This document shows, piece by piece, positions 21,273-32,704 of a stretch of DNA of 64,000 bases (position 1 is its first letter; each line of letters starts with the position of its first letter). Below the pieces are notes generated by a model. It had not been told where the DNA came from, ran no database searches, and saw nothing but the letters and a program-made list of their open reading frames with translations. This stretch comes from Monocercomonoides exilis PA203 (taxonomy: Eukaryota; Protista; Preaxostyla). The stretch is taken from the NCBI GenBank assembly GCA_001643675.2, contig LSRY02000033.1, positions 372,001 to 436,000 on the forward strand, read 5' to 3'. The position numbers and the translations under genes were made by a program.

Positions 21273-24200
21273 TCAAATTAATTGAATTCGTACATGACAA
21301 ATGCAACTGTAAGTTGATGAGCAGAAGCAAAAATTGATAAAAGGTTTTATTTTATTTGAAGAAGGAGCAGAAAAAATAGCAGAAGCAGCGAGTAAGGAAG
21401 ACCGAAACGACAATTGCTGATTGTTTTGTGTTAAGACAATAGAATTAAATGGAAGAGAAACCGGAGAAGATGTCGAAACAGGCACAGAACTTTGAGGAGG
21501 AGGATATGGAGGAATTGATGTTGACAGATGAGGAACTGTTGCTTGTGATGGAAAGATCGACTTGATTGGCTTTTTATTTGGTTCATTTGCTGTTTGTGGT
21601 ATGCTGCACTTGATAGAATCAAGAATTGGAACATATTGTGTTGCAGAAAAAATTGTGATATGATGAAGAGTTGACTGAGAATTTAAAGAAGATAAAAGCA
21701 TAGTTGGAGTGTCAGAAGATTCACTTGTCTTATACGCATCATTTGTTTTTTCTTTCTTTTCATTTTCTTCCTCCTCATTTATATCAAGTTCTTTGTTTGC
21801 TTGTTTGATTGACTGATCCTCTCTCTCTCTCTCTCTTCTCTCTTTCTTCTCTCTTCTTTCTTTCTTTCTTTCTTTCTGTTTGTTTGTCTGTATGTCTCTG
21901 TCTCAATTTCCATTTCCTTATCTCTCTCCTTCTTCCTCTGCATTTCATCCTCTGCTCTCTTCTACACATCCACTAACACCCAAATGGGCTGTCCGTCTAT
22001 TGACAAGTATGTCATCCCAATTTTTGAGTCGTTTTCAGCCATGCCACTCTTATCCCCAGCACCTCAAGTTCTTCTCATTCAGCTGCAGCTGTAGTTTCTT
22101 CTCTTCCTTCGTTGCTGTCACTTTCTTTAACTTAAAGCGAATCTCTGCGAACTTCTCGTTCTGTAGCCTTTGCGCTTCTTCTTCATTCTGTTCAGATTGG
22201 ATTCGACTCTGCTCAGCCTCCTCCCACTTCCGCTTCTTAGCAAGCATCTTCTTCTCCTTCATCAAATTTTGCTTTTCTTGTTTTAAAAAATTCTCTTCTT
22301 TTCATCTCTCAAAATCTTCTCAATATTTTTTTTCTTTTTCATCTCTTTTCAGCTCCAACCTTCTCTGCACACATCGCTCTTCAATCTCCTGGTGCTTCCA
22401 CTTCACTTCTCCTGATATTTTTCTCACTGCATCTAAATCTCCTTTCCTGACTTTATCATTCGAACACCTTCGTTCATTATCCATTTCAGAGTTTCCACAG
22501 CTTGTTATTTTTTGAATCTAATGCTTCTTTTAAGTCATATGTTTTCAACCTCTTTCGTTTTTGTTTTAACTATTTTCTTCCTGCTATCCTCTTCTTCAGT
22601 CAGTCTTGTCAGTAAAGCATCGTCTCCTATTCCTCCCTCCAACAAATTATTCCTTTCGTTCTCCGAATTCATCTTATTCCTTCTGAAGTATTCGTTCGTT
22701 GCGATGCTCCAGATCTCCGTAAATAACACCTTCTCTCCGTCTTTCATATCCTTATCCAGAGTTTCCTGCTCCATCGCCAGTAGATGCTGAACACCCTCCT
22801 TCATATCGCGCAACTTGCCGCTCCTCCGCTTCTGGCCGATGCGCTTCCAGCTCTTGCTCTCCAGATTTCTCCTCACGCCTTTCATTTCATTCGGATTACC
22901 CACAGCCACAGATCCAGCAGCCGCTTCTGCACCTCTCATCACCAGATTACAATCGTGCCAAGCGTCTAAAGATGCGAAAATCGAAGTTTTCATGTTCGAC
23001 AGATTTCGAAATCGAAGGAAATAGCTAAGAGATCGGTGCATCGTGAGGTGCGAAAGACTTAATAGCATTTGAGAATGTTGTGACTGGAGATGTTACCGAC
23101 AAATGCGAAGAAGCAGAAGTGAATGAAATCAGTGATTTAAAAAACTGCTATTTTGAAGTTAAGACATTTGAGGAGTTTCTGTCTTTTGTCGAATTGCCTC
23201 GGTTTATGCATTCAGTTGCTGATGCTGCAATGTCAAATATGTGACTGCGGATGGAGTTGAGAATCAGAAACGGATAGATTTTGTGCTTCCATTGGTGAAT
23301 TTGCCTCGTTTGATGGAAAAATATTTCAGTGAGTTGACAATGGATAGAAAATAGATTGGTTTGCAATTCGTTGTTCAAATTGAAAATGTGATGCAGATAA
23401 CATTGATGGAGAAAGTGTTTGCGTGGAAGTAATATCAGAAGGATGTGATGGTGGGCTCATTATAGGAGTGATGTTGTTTGAAGAGGAAGTCTAAGAATTA
23501 GGTTGAAATTGTAGCTGGAACTGTTGCTATTGCTGTTGTTGTTGTTAAAGCAATTGCATGTTTTGGAGCTTGTTTTGAATTTGAAAAAGCACTTGCTGTA
23601 GCTGCAGCTCCGATAAAGACCAGAAATTGTGGCAAAATAAGATGACATTCTGGGAGGTGATTGACGTGATTGAGGAGAGAGAAGAAGGAGAAGGAGAAGG
23701 AACGGAAGGAGAAGAATGAGGTGGAGAAGGATGTGGAAAGAGAAGATGAAGCAGAAGAAGTTGGATTGGGAAGATGAAAAGAGGAGATGTTGAAAAGAGG
23801 CGATGGAGAAGAGAGTTTTGGAGGTGGAAGTGGAGGAAGAGAATGAATAGTGCAAAGAACAAAGAAGGCAGAAGAATAATAACCAAACAGATTGTTATTA
23901 TTCTTTTTTTGCGATTGCTTTCAATGTTAATCAGCTTTCTTTTTCTAAATTGTTCGAAGTATCTTTTTCTTTTTCTTATTTCCTGAATAATTATTGAATT
24001 CTGAATATCTCCAAATTCATACAACTTTTTTCTATTAAAAATTTGAATGAGATACTTTTCGTTGTGCTATTTGAATTATGATATCTTATTCATCACAAAT
24101 CATAATAAATTATCATCCTGAGTTTTGACAATTCTATCATACTTCTTTCCTTATTCATCGTATTGCAAAATAAAACCAATCACCCCAGTCAAATTTTTTC
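21273..24200 (-). pseudogene. Decayed gene fragment for a low-complexity Ser-rich/charged coiled-coil protein of unknown function
   Basis: Coding-like minus-strand frames (KEKKMLAKKRKWEEAEQSRIQSEQNEEEAQRLQNEKF; Ser/Pro-rich tracts) broken by many TAA/TGA stops and frameshifts. Boundaries are approximate. Confidence 0.5.
21819..21905 (+). repeat. Compound pyrimidine-rich microsatellite ((CT)n, (CTTT)n, (GTTT)n)
   Basis: ctctctctctctctctcttctctctttcttctctcttctttctttctttctttctttctgtttgtttgtctgtatgtctctg. Confidence 0.85.
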
Positions 24201-24466
24201 TGCACGTTCACTCGTTATTTCCATTTATGGTGTTTGCTTTCAAAACTCAAAATAAATAATTATTATGGAATGCATTCAAACTCTTTTCTCCATAATAACG
24301 TTAATAATATAAATTTCTTAAAGCAGATGCAATACTTTTGCAAAATGTTGTTTTGGACATAATATAAACTGTATCGGACAGACAAAACTCTCCATTTCAA
24401 TAAAATTTTTTCTTTTTTTCAAGTTAAATATGATATTTTTGAAAAAACGTTTGCAAGGGCGTATTT

Positions 24467-24469
<3 letters not shown>

Positions 24470-24497
<28 letters not shown>
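24470..24497 (+). repeat. Poly(A) tract, 28 nt
   Basis: Uninterrupted A run next to the 3' end of the Merlin-like transposase remnant (poly-T on the transposase sense strand). Confidence 0.9.
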
Positions 24498-24499
24498 CT

Positions 24500-25561
24500 G
24501 TTCTGGGGATGTGCACCTTGTCTTTTTCATCAATATTATCACTTCCAGAAGATCTTTCAGATGATATTTCTTCTGTTGCTGTAAAAGGAGAATCATCATC
24601 TTCGTCAGATTCTTGGATTCCATGTCACTAAATTCGATTGGAGTTCCCATTTATTTATTTTCACTTTCTTTATAAAAAACCATGCTCTCCGCAAATTCTG
24701 ATAATTCCATTGATTTTCTTTTTGTTAATCTAAGTTCTGCTATTGTATCGTCTGTATGTCTCTTTTGAATTCCACATCAAGGGAGAAATTTCTGAAATTC
24801 TTTCCAAACAGCTTCAATAGTATTTGTGCACAAACCTTTTTCAGTTTTGGATCTGTATTTCTGATATACAGCGTGAAGATATAATCCCAATGATTTCAAT
24901 GATGCATAAGCCTTCCATTTGTCGGAGAAAATTGTAGAACCTGGGGTAACGTTTGTCATTATTAATGGATAATTGTTCTTTTTTTCTGTTCTTTACTCTT
25001 ATGATGATGAATTTTCCTTGTCCTCCTCCAGTTTTTTTTTCGACCATGCCAAAAAGCCAAATTTTCTTTTTTCTTTTTTCACGGTGATACTTTCTTCGTC
25101 TGAGCAGCATTTCATCGATTTCGACGATCTGTCCATCTTTTCCAAGCTGTAAAAATTTTTTATACAGTTGAGAAACTCGAACTTGTCGTGATAAATTCAT
25201 GTAATATGAGACTGTATCTTTATTGACATTAAGAAGCATGCGCATATGCTTATTTTTTTTATCGAATGAATATGAAGAGCAGCAAAAGCAAAAATTTTGG
25301 AATTCCCAATCTGGAATATTTCATATGTGTATCTCCGAACAGGGCTTTTCTGGATTAATAATTAGGGCACTTAAAAATTCTATCCTGAACAGAGTTTTTT
25401 ATCAAATTCATAATTGATCCGCACTTATCACACTCCATCTTTTTGTCCGATAAATTTTGCAACATAAACAAATCCCAGCAAATTTTCTCATTATGAAACA
25501 TAGAAAAATAAGAAGAGATCTCCCTCTTTTCCTCCAGATAACTATTGTTTTTAATAATCAT
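24500..25561 (-). pseudogene. Merlin / IS1595 (ISXO2-like) DDE transposase pseudogene
   Basis: N-terminal zinc ribbon (CDKCGSIM..FKCP); VEIDEMLLRRRKYHR..WLFGMVEK; PGSTIFSDKWKAYASL; TNTIEAVW; acidic tail. Split over three or more frames with an in-frame TGA at 24777. Confidence 0.88.
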
Positions 25562-26509
25562 TATCCCTTTTAAAAAAAAAATTCTCTGTTAATTTTTGAA
25601 ATTTGAAATTGAAACAGATCCGAATTTTTGAGGTTGTTCTTTTGCCAAAATATATAATAAATAACATTTGATGCAAAAAATGTTGACTTAATTATTTTTA
25701 ATGAGTATCGGTCTTATCAACTATAACCTCAAATTAATCTAATGTTTGAAAATTATTTGTAAAAATTTGTTAAAGTGGGTGATTATTTTTGAATCATATT
25801 TTTTCTTTCAAAAATTTCGGTTCGATAATTATACTTGAACATCAAAAAAAGATCACTGAAAAATGAAAAGACTCACAAATAGCATCATCATCTTCAATTG
25901 AGCAAAAACGTTTGTCTGTCATACAGCTGTGATGAATTCAGCATTCGAAAACAAAATATCTGTGAAAGGCAAACAATCTTTGAAAAATAAGCACGCCGAA
26001 AAAAGATATGATTTCAATAATAGTCACCCATGTTCTTCAAAAAGTGAGTTCATGTAAAAAAATATTATTCTTATAATGATAAATTCTTTCTTCATTCAAG
26101 TATCTTTCAATTATTATTGTCGATTATTCATATTATTTCACAGAAAAAATCGGGTTCCAACATGTTACATTTCACCTTAATCTCTAATATTATTGATACA
26201 CCAGTTAGTTTATAAAATGGCAAGTGAATTCTGAGAATATGTTTCGTTGATTCAGTTTTGAAAGGTTCAATGTTGTGAAGAGAAGAAAAATAGGCTCATT
26301 TGGAAAAAAATAATATTGCATAACATTTAAGCATCAAAATATCCATCAATTCAAAATATGTCAACAAACCAATAATATTCATATCTTTTTTTAAAAAACA
26401 ATTCCTTATTGAAAATAAATCGATTGATCCAAGCTTTCAATTCATCACATATGATATGTGCTAATACTTCAATTTGGAAAAATTTGTTTTCGTATAATGT
26501 AACTTTACT

Positions 26510-29500
26510 CTAAAAAGTATTGAGATCTGAAATTGCCCATAAAACACGTTCAAGGCAATCTGTTGTCAGATTAATTTTCTGACATTTTTGAAGATAACTT
26601 TGAAGGGCTTGACTTTTGCTTTCTTTTTCATTATTTCCTTTGAATAGTATATCATCACATACATCTACAGGCTTGTTAAAACAAAGGAATGACTCCAAAA
26701 ATTTGCTAATTTGAGAATTAGAATCAGCTTTATTTGTTAAACGAGCCGATGAAAAATATAGAAGGAAACTTTTATACACCAAAAGAATAACAGCTTTGTT
26801 TGCAGCTTCTTTTTTCCCATCGCAACAATAATTCATTTTCGCTGGAAAATGCTTGCTATCAATTGCATTGTAGTATATTTCCAGGAATTTTCGCTGTGCA
26901 AATATCAAACTTGACAATGTAATGATTATTTGTTCATTGCTCCACTCGAAAAATTTCCCTGCAAATATCATTTCACAAATTAGAATGGGATTCATTGATG
27001 TAATGCAAGCTGCACATCTACCTTTGAGGGTCAATTGAATATCTCTTGTAATATATCCAAGCATATTTAACACCTTCAGCATTGCATATAAAATAAAAAA
27101 TTTCTTTTGGCTATAGCCGTACAACAGAATAGCATCTTGTCCTTTGTTTGAACTTTTTAACAGGATTTGATTCTCGAAATTTTCCAACACACATTGAACT
27201 TTTCCATTGCTAAAATTCTTCCATGAACAAATTGTTCGCTCGACGCAAAATACCTGCTGGATAATCCGACTGTACACTACATCTTCTACTTCCATATCTT
27301 CCAGTGGATCAAGTAATGGCACACCTAATTCGAAGCGCTTTATGGTAGCAGTGAGCATTAAGTGCAAAAAACTGATAGCATTTTCATTCCAAACATCTGC
27401 GGGAACAAAAAGTCGTATTGGAGAAATAGCTTTAATTGCTTTGTGAGAAACGGTAATCATTGATAACTTAGACTTTGTCTCAACGTCAGACATAATTACA
27501 GAACGGTGGCTTCTTTTTGAATAGTTTATTTTTTCCCGAACTCCAGATGATTGACTGCTTTGGAAACATATTCTCTGTATCTGTTGCGATGGAATAAGAA
27601 CATCAACAAGCCAATAGTCGGTGTTGCTATTGCAGTTATCGCCACAGTCAAAAACATGCTCTTCATTAAAAAATTCATTATCCATTTTTTCAAAAGCTGA
27701 TTTTTGATAAAAATTCAAATAGCTTGTGACATTCCCTTTTGTTTGCACATGCTTTAAATGCTGACTGATGTCTTTAATAAAATGCTGGATATATGGATTT
27801 TGCTTCAACATTTTAATTTTTAAATCAGTGTTACATTTTACATTTCCCTTTCTTTCTTTCTTTCCTATGGCAAACTGTCTCTCCTTTTCATTTCTCTCTT
27901 CAGTAACCTTTCCAAAGAACCTTGCTCTTTTTTTTCTGTTCATTCTTTTTTGATTGAAATCTTCAAATTGTTCTGAATCCAACTCAGAAGCCTGTCTTAT
28001 CCCAATCACAATGCCCCACCCAAGATCATCCTGTCCTTTCGACACTTTTACAAGTCGGCCCGAGTTCAGATAAGGTAGTAAAGATTGAGATCTCATCGTA
28101 TAGTTCAGCAATAGTCGACGAAGATATATGAGAAAAACAACAACAGAAAATTTGTCTGCATTTTCAGTGTCGCCAGCACTGTATGTTGCGTTTGGTCTAT
28201 AATGTAATTGCTTTGAAGCTAAATGTGAGATTTGCAAAACAAATAAAAGTTTGAAAATGTGGATAAATTATGATTTAATTTTTTGGAAAAAAAAGATAAA
28301 AATACAATAAAATAAAATATATTTTAACATTAAACAAAGAAATATTTTGCAAAAACTGAATTTAGTAATGAAAGATTCATCATACCTTTAATATGATATG
28401 GAGTTTTGTGAGTATTGAAGAACATTGCAAATGTTTGTGAATAGAAATTATCAATCATTTTTTCCATTGACATTCCCTTCTTTTTCCAAAATTCGCGAGT
28501 TTTGTTAAGAGAACTAATCAACAAAAGAAGAGACGAAAATGAATAATGATGAGTAAAACGAATGCACGGCGAAAGCCCCTGAAAATATTAATAATTAGAG
28601 CAAAACCATTTGGTATTTATCAAAAAATGAATAATCACATAATCAATGAAATAAAAAGCAATATTCTTTATATTTGAAAATAACCTTTAAGAAAAGAAAA
28701 GAAAAGAAAAGTAATGAAAAGAAAATAACTGTTTCGAAAATTCTATAAAATTTGAATGGACAATCTAATTTTGAACTTACACTTTTAATTATTCGCTTAA
28801 CATACTAATACAATCTGTTTAAAATATGCAATTTGTAGTCTCCTTCTTGTAAGCACGATTACAGTTCCTGATTCATCAATGCTTGGTCTCCCAGCGCAAG
28901 CACATAAATGTTGATATACAATCGGAAGCATCTGCAAATACAAATAAAAACATCCTGAAACAATTTAAATAATAATTCTTAACATACGTCATCCTTAAAA
29001 TAGCCACAATTTCTGTCACAGCTTTCATCTTTGAGAATTTCCCTTTTTGCCATTGAAATTTTCTTCTTATGCCTCACTGCCTTTCCATAGATCTCGCCTT
29101 TTTTCCCTCTGCCAACGAGCCCATCCAACTTGATAACAACCGATTGAGCGACAGAAGGCCTTCCCACAGCAAACTGCGGAGTCGCTACAAGTAAGTCCAC
29201 AAGTCCGTTGCAGAAGCACTCTTCGCTAATCGATCGAAGACTGGGATGCATGCTGTCGTGCCACAGCCCAATGCCGCACGTCAGCAAAGAAGACACCAAT
29301 TTTGCTTGTGGATATTGCTGAAAAGCGGGTGACAGCCGCACAAGAAGAGATGCCAGCTGATCCTCAGCAATCTTCCGAAGGAGATCAGAACGTTGAGATG
29401 TGCAATCTTAATATATCCAATAGGTCAATCAACAAAAGGTTAATTGAAAAAAAAAAAAATAAAGAATATTTCACGAATATGAAAAATCGATGGAGTGATA

Positions 29501-31083
29501 GATTAATCAAAGCTATTCTTTTTCTAAAACGAAAACTTCCTCAGATAAATGTTTGGAAAATAAAAGTTCATGATTGTGCTTGCTCAAATATTCTCGAATT
29601 GATTCAAACCTTTGGATTCATTTAGAGATGATTGAATAGAATACTTTGCTAATGCAATCGCTGTATTTTCAGCTTCATCAAAATTTGCACAAAATATAAT
29701 GCAAGGCATCATCTTCTTTCGCATTAGCATTTTCACAACGTTAACTTCGTCATTCATTACATTGAATCTCTCATTCATCAATTTCTTTTTTTTAATTTTC
29801 TTTATATCATCTTTTTCTCCATTTCTGTAATTTTCATGAAAATTTTCTTCAAATACCCCATTTTTGTCTGTTTTTTGTAAATATATTTGTTCGTTTCGAT
29901 CATCTGCCGCATGTTTTTCTTCTTTTATATTTTGAGACATTTCATTCAAACTGCTCCTTCCAAAAGATTTTCTTGAACCACTTTCCATAAGTTTCATAAC
30001 TTTATGAAATATGTCCAAGTAAAATCTTTTCTTCTCATCGAAAATTAGATAAGCACCGCAAGAACCTGTTGTATCATTGCATATTAGTTTGTTTATATTT
30101 TTACAAAAAGAATATTAATCATCCAAACAGCATTAACAAAAAAAAAAAAAAAAGCATTGAAATTCAGATACTAAAAATTAAAAAAAAAATATGTGCAAAC
30201 CAATGCTATGTATGTAATGATTTAATAAAATAGGCGCACAATCTGTTACAATGTAATGACAAATTCGTTCTGTAACATTAACAATCCATTCGGCAATTTC
30301 TTTTGAATCTGTGCAAATCGGCATAAAAAAGCCAAACGAGGAACACAATGATAATAATAATACGATTTCATCCCAATGCACAGATTCTTCCACATCAAGA
30401 AAGTCCAAGTTTGGATCAAAAAATGATTTATCAAAAAGAACCCACGCAACTTCAACCGATGACCAATGATCCGAAGCAATTTTCTTCAGCATCATTGATG
30501 CAGTTATGATGATGCAATGCGAATTATTTCTAATTGTTTTCTCGCTGGTGATGAGCCCCAATTCTGGAATAATTTTGGATAAATCATCATAAATTTGAAA
30601 AGCAACAGATGAACTGGCCGTGATATAATAAGCGTATTTTTCAGAAGGAGATATTAACTTAAAAATGTGAATAATAGCTTCATTGAATTTGAATGATGGA
30701 AAAGCTGAAACAACGAATGATTCTCCTTTAAATAATGCAAAAATAAATAATTCAAACAAAAAATAAATACACAATATATACCCTTTGAGATAACATTGCA
30801 TAATGACTTTAAACATTCCTCTTCGGAATTACTCGATTCATTGACAATCGGACTTTCCAATGCTTGCGAATTTAAATAAGGTACCTCAGGCTCTTTACAA
30901 ACTTCATGATAATATCTAAATGGAGCATTGTCATCACCACTTTTTTTAATACATTTCTAAATAGTAATGAAAATGAATTCTTGAAAATTGAACAAAACAT
31001 ACATTATTTTCTTCATGAAAATCAAAAACAATAGGAATATCAGATTCTTGTCGGAAGCGCTTTCCATCAATTTTATTTATCAT
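26510..31083 (-). CDS. Multi-exon Mtr4/Ski2-like RNA helicase homologue with degenerate catalytic motifs (3' end uncertain, possibly to ~25920)
   Basis: ATG 31083. Introns 31002-30957 and 30781-30726 (GT..AG, in phase), with more downstream. Colinear Mtr4-like blocks: GESFVVSA, ELGLITSEKTI, EVAWVLFD, EIAEWI, PCIIFC, LLTCGIGLWH, GLVDLLVATPQF, AGRPSIDESGTVIV, arch/KOW PYLNSGRLVKV..GWGIVI, GVPLLDPLEDM, LKGRCAACI..LICEMIFAGKF. Confidence 0.85.
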
Positions 31084-31327
31084 TGTTTTTGTTATTTAAA
31101 AGAAAAGTACTTTGAAACCTTCTTTCTTTCCAAAAACTCAAATAAAATTTAAATGATCTTTAAGAACATTTGAAGTATAGTCCAGATCTTGCTTTGCGAG
31201 AATTTTTTTATTCTAACGCTATAAAGGTTAGCTTTTAACAATGATCTTTTCAATTCTTGAAAGCTTTTATAAATTATATCTTTTATTTAAATGATATACA
31301 AATAGCGAGTCTGAAATATCGAGAGAA
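31084..31327. promoter_or_regulatory. 244-bp divergent intergenic region, probable bidirectional promoter
   Basis: Separates the start codons of the Mtr4-like gene (-) and RPL5 (+). Inferred from geometry only. Confidence 0.5.
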
Positions 31328-32248
31328 ATGCCGCTTCACAAGATTCAAAAAGATAAAGCCTACTATCGTCGCTATCAAGTAAAATATCGTCGTAGACGTG
31401 AGGGTAAAACTGATTATACGGCTAGAAAGGCACTTATTATTCAGGATCAGCGCACCATCAACAACCCCAAGCACAGACTTGTTGTTCGTATCACAAATCG
31501 TGATGTTATCTGCCAAATCGTTATGGCTCATGTGTACGGGGATAGTTGCATGTGCAGTGCTTACTCTCACGAGCTCAAGAGATATGGCATCAAGGTTGGT
31601 CTCACAAATTATGCTGCATGCTATGCAACTGGTCTTCTTCTTGCACGCCGCTTGTTGGCAAAATTGCACCTTGATAAATTGTATCCAGGTGTGAAAGAAG
31701 CGACCGGAGAATCAAAGCCAGTTGTTCCAAATGCAAAAGGACCACGTCCGTTCAAGGCCTTCCTCGACGTTGGTCTTCACAGAACAACAACTGGATCAAA
31801 AGTATTTGCAGTTATGAAAGGAGCAACTGATGGTGGCATGAACATTCCACACAACGACAAGCGTCTTGTTGGGTACAACTCCAAAACAAAGAAGCTTGAT
31901 GCAGCAGTTCTTCGTGAGCACATCTTTGGAATTCATGTGTCCAAATACATGAAGGATCTGAAGAAAGAAGATGAAAGAGCATACAAGAGCCACTTCTCGC
32001 AATACATTAAGGCTGGAATTACAGCTGATAAAGTTGAAGCAATGTACAAGTCCGCTCATGCAGCAATCAGAGCCGATCCATCATTCAAACCAACCGAGAA
32101 AAAAGTTCCAGAAAAGAAAGGACCATTGTTCCCAGGAGGGCAAATGAAGAAATGGCCGTTGAAGTTGAGAAGACAAAGATTCAGACAAAAGTTGGCCAAC
32201 ATCAAGAGAAAGCAAAAGTCTGTCAATGCTGCTCTTCTTGACATGTAA
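31328..32248 (+). CDS. RPL5: 60S ribosomal protein L5 (uL18)
   Basis: KAYYRRYQVKYRRRREGKTDY, RLVVRITNRD, SAYSHEL, GLTNYAACYATGLLLARR, FKAFLDVGL, KGATDGG, AHAAIRADP; 306 aa, intronless. Confidence 0.98.
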   Translation: MPLHKIQKDKAYYRRYQVKYRRRREGKTDYTARKALIIQDQRTINNPKHRLVVRITNRDVICQIVMAHVYGDSCMCSAYSHELKRYGIKVGLTNYAACYATGLLLARRLLAKLHLDKLYPGVKEATGESKPVVPNAKGPRPFKAFLDVGLHRTTTGSKVFAVMKGATDGGMNIPHNDKRLVGYNSKTKKLDAAVLREHIFGIHVSKYMKDLKKEDERAYKSHFSQYIKAGITADKVEAMYKSAHAAIRADPSFKPTEKKVPEKKGPLFPGGQMKKWPLKLRRQRFRQKLANIKRKQKSVNAALLDM

Positions 32249-32704
32249 AAATAGGGGGTAAAAAATGGATGGGAACATTCTCAAAAAATCTCTCGATGAA
32301 AAGGTGAGCATATAGAATAATTGAAGTTTTTGCTGTTGTTGAAACAGTATAATTTATGCGCTGTTTAGCATTTCCTTTTCATCATTTCGCTTTATAGTTA
32401 AAAATTACAAAGTTTTCAATGTTATTCCTTTATTTGTTTTAAATACAATTTTGTGAAACGTTTTCATTTTGATAACAAAACTGTGCTTAAAAGTTATGAG
32501 GGAAAATTCATTTATGAATTTCAATCCAAAATTTGAATATTCTAATAAATATTGAAAAATTGATGTTTGAACAACAAGGAAACTGGAAATAAAGAAAGAA
32601 GATTGTAATTTTCATGAATCTACAACATATAAAAATGCAACATTGGAGAATTATATCGAAAAACTTAAAAATTGATTTTTGATCAACCCACCTTTTATCT
32701 TAAA

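Noticed and set aside
21880-22515. 211-aa plus-strand Phe/Ser-rich ORF
   Set aside because: Antisense of a Lys/Glu-rich minus-strand segment.
23855-24180. Alternative genetic code (TAA/TAG read as Gln, known in some oxymonads)
   Set aside because: TGA stops and frameshifts occur in the same frames, intact multi-kb genes contain no TAR codons, and RPL5 ends in TAA.
24470-24497. Poly(A) as a retroposition tail of the transposase
   Set aside because: It is poly-T on the transposase sense strand and I see no TSD.
24178-25784. AATCACCC / GGGTGATT as Merlin TIRs
   Set aside because: Only about 8 bp match, no TSD, and the left copy lies within the neighbouring pseudogene.
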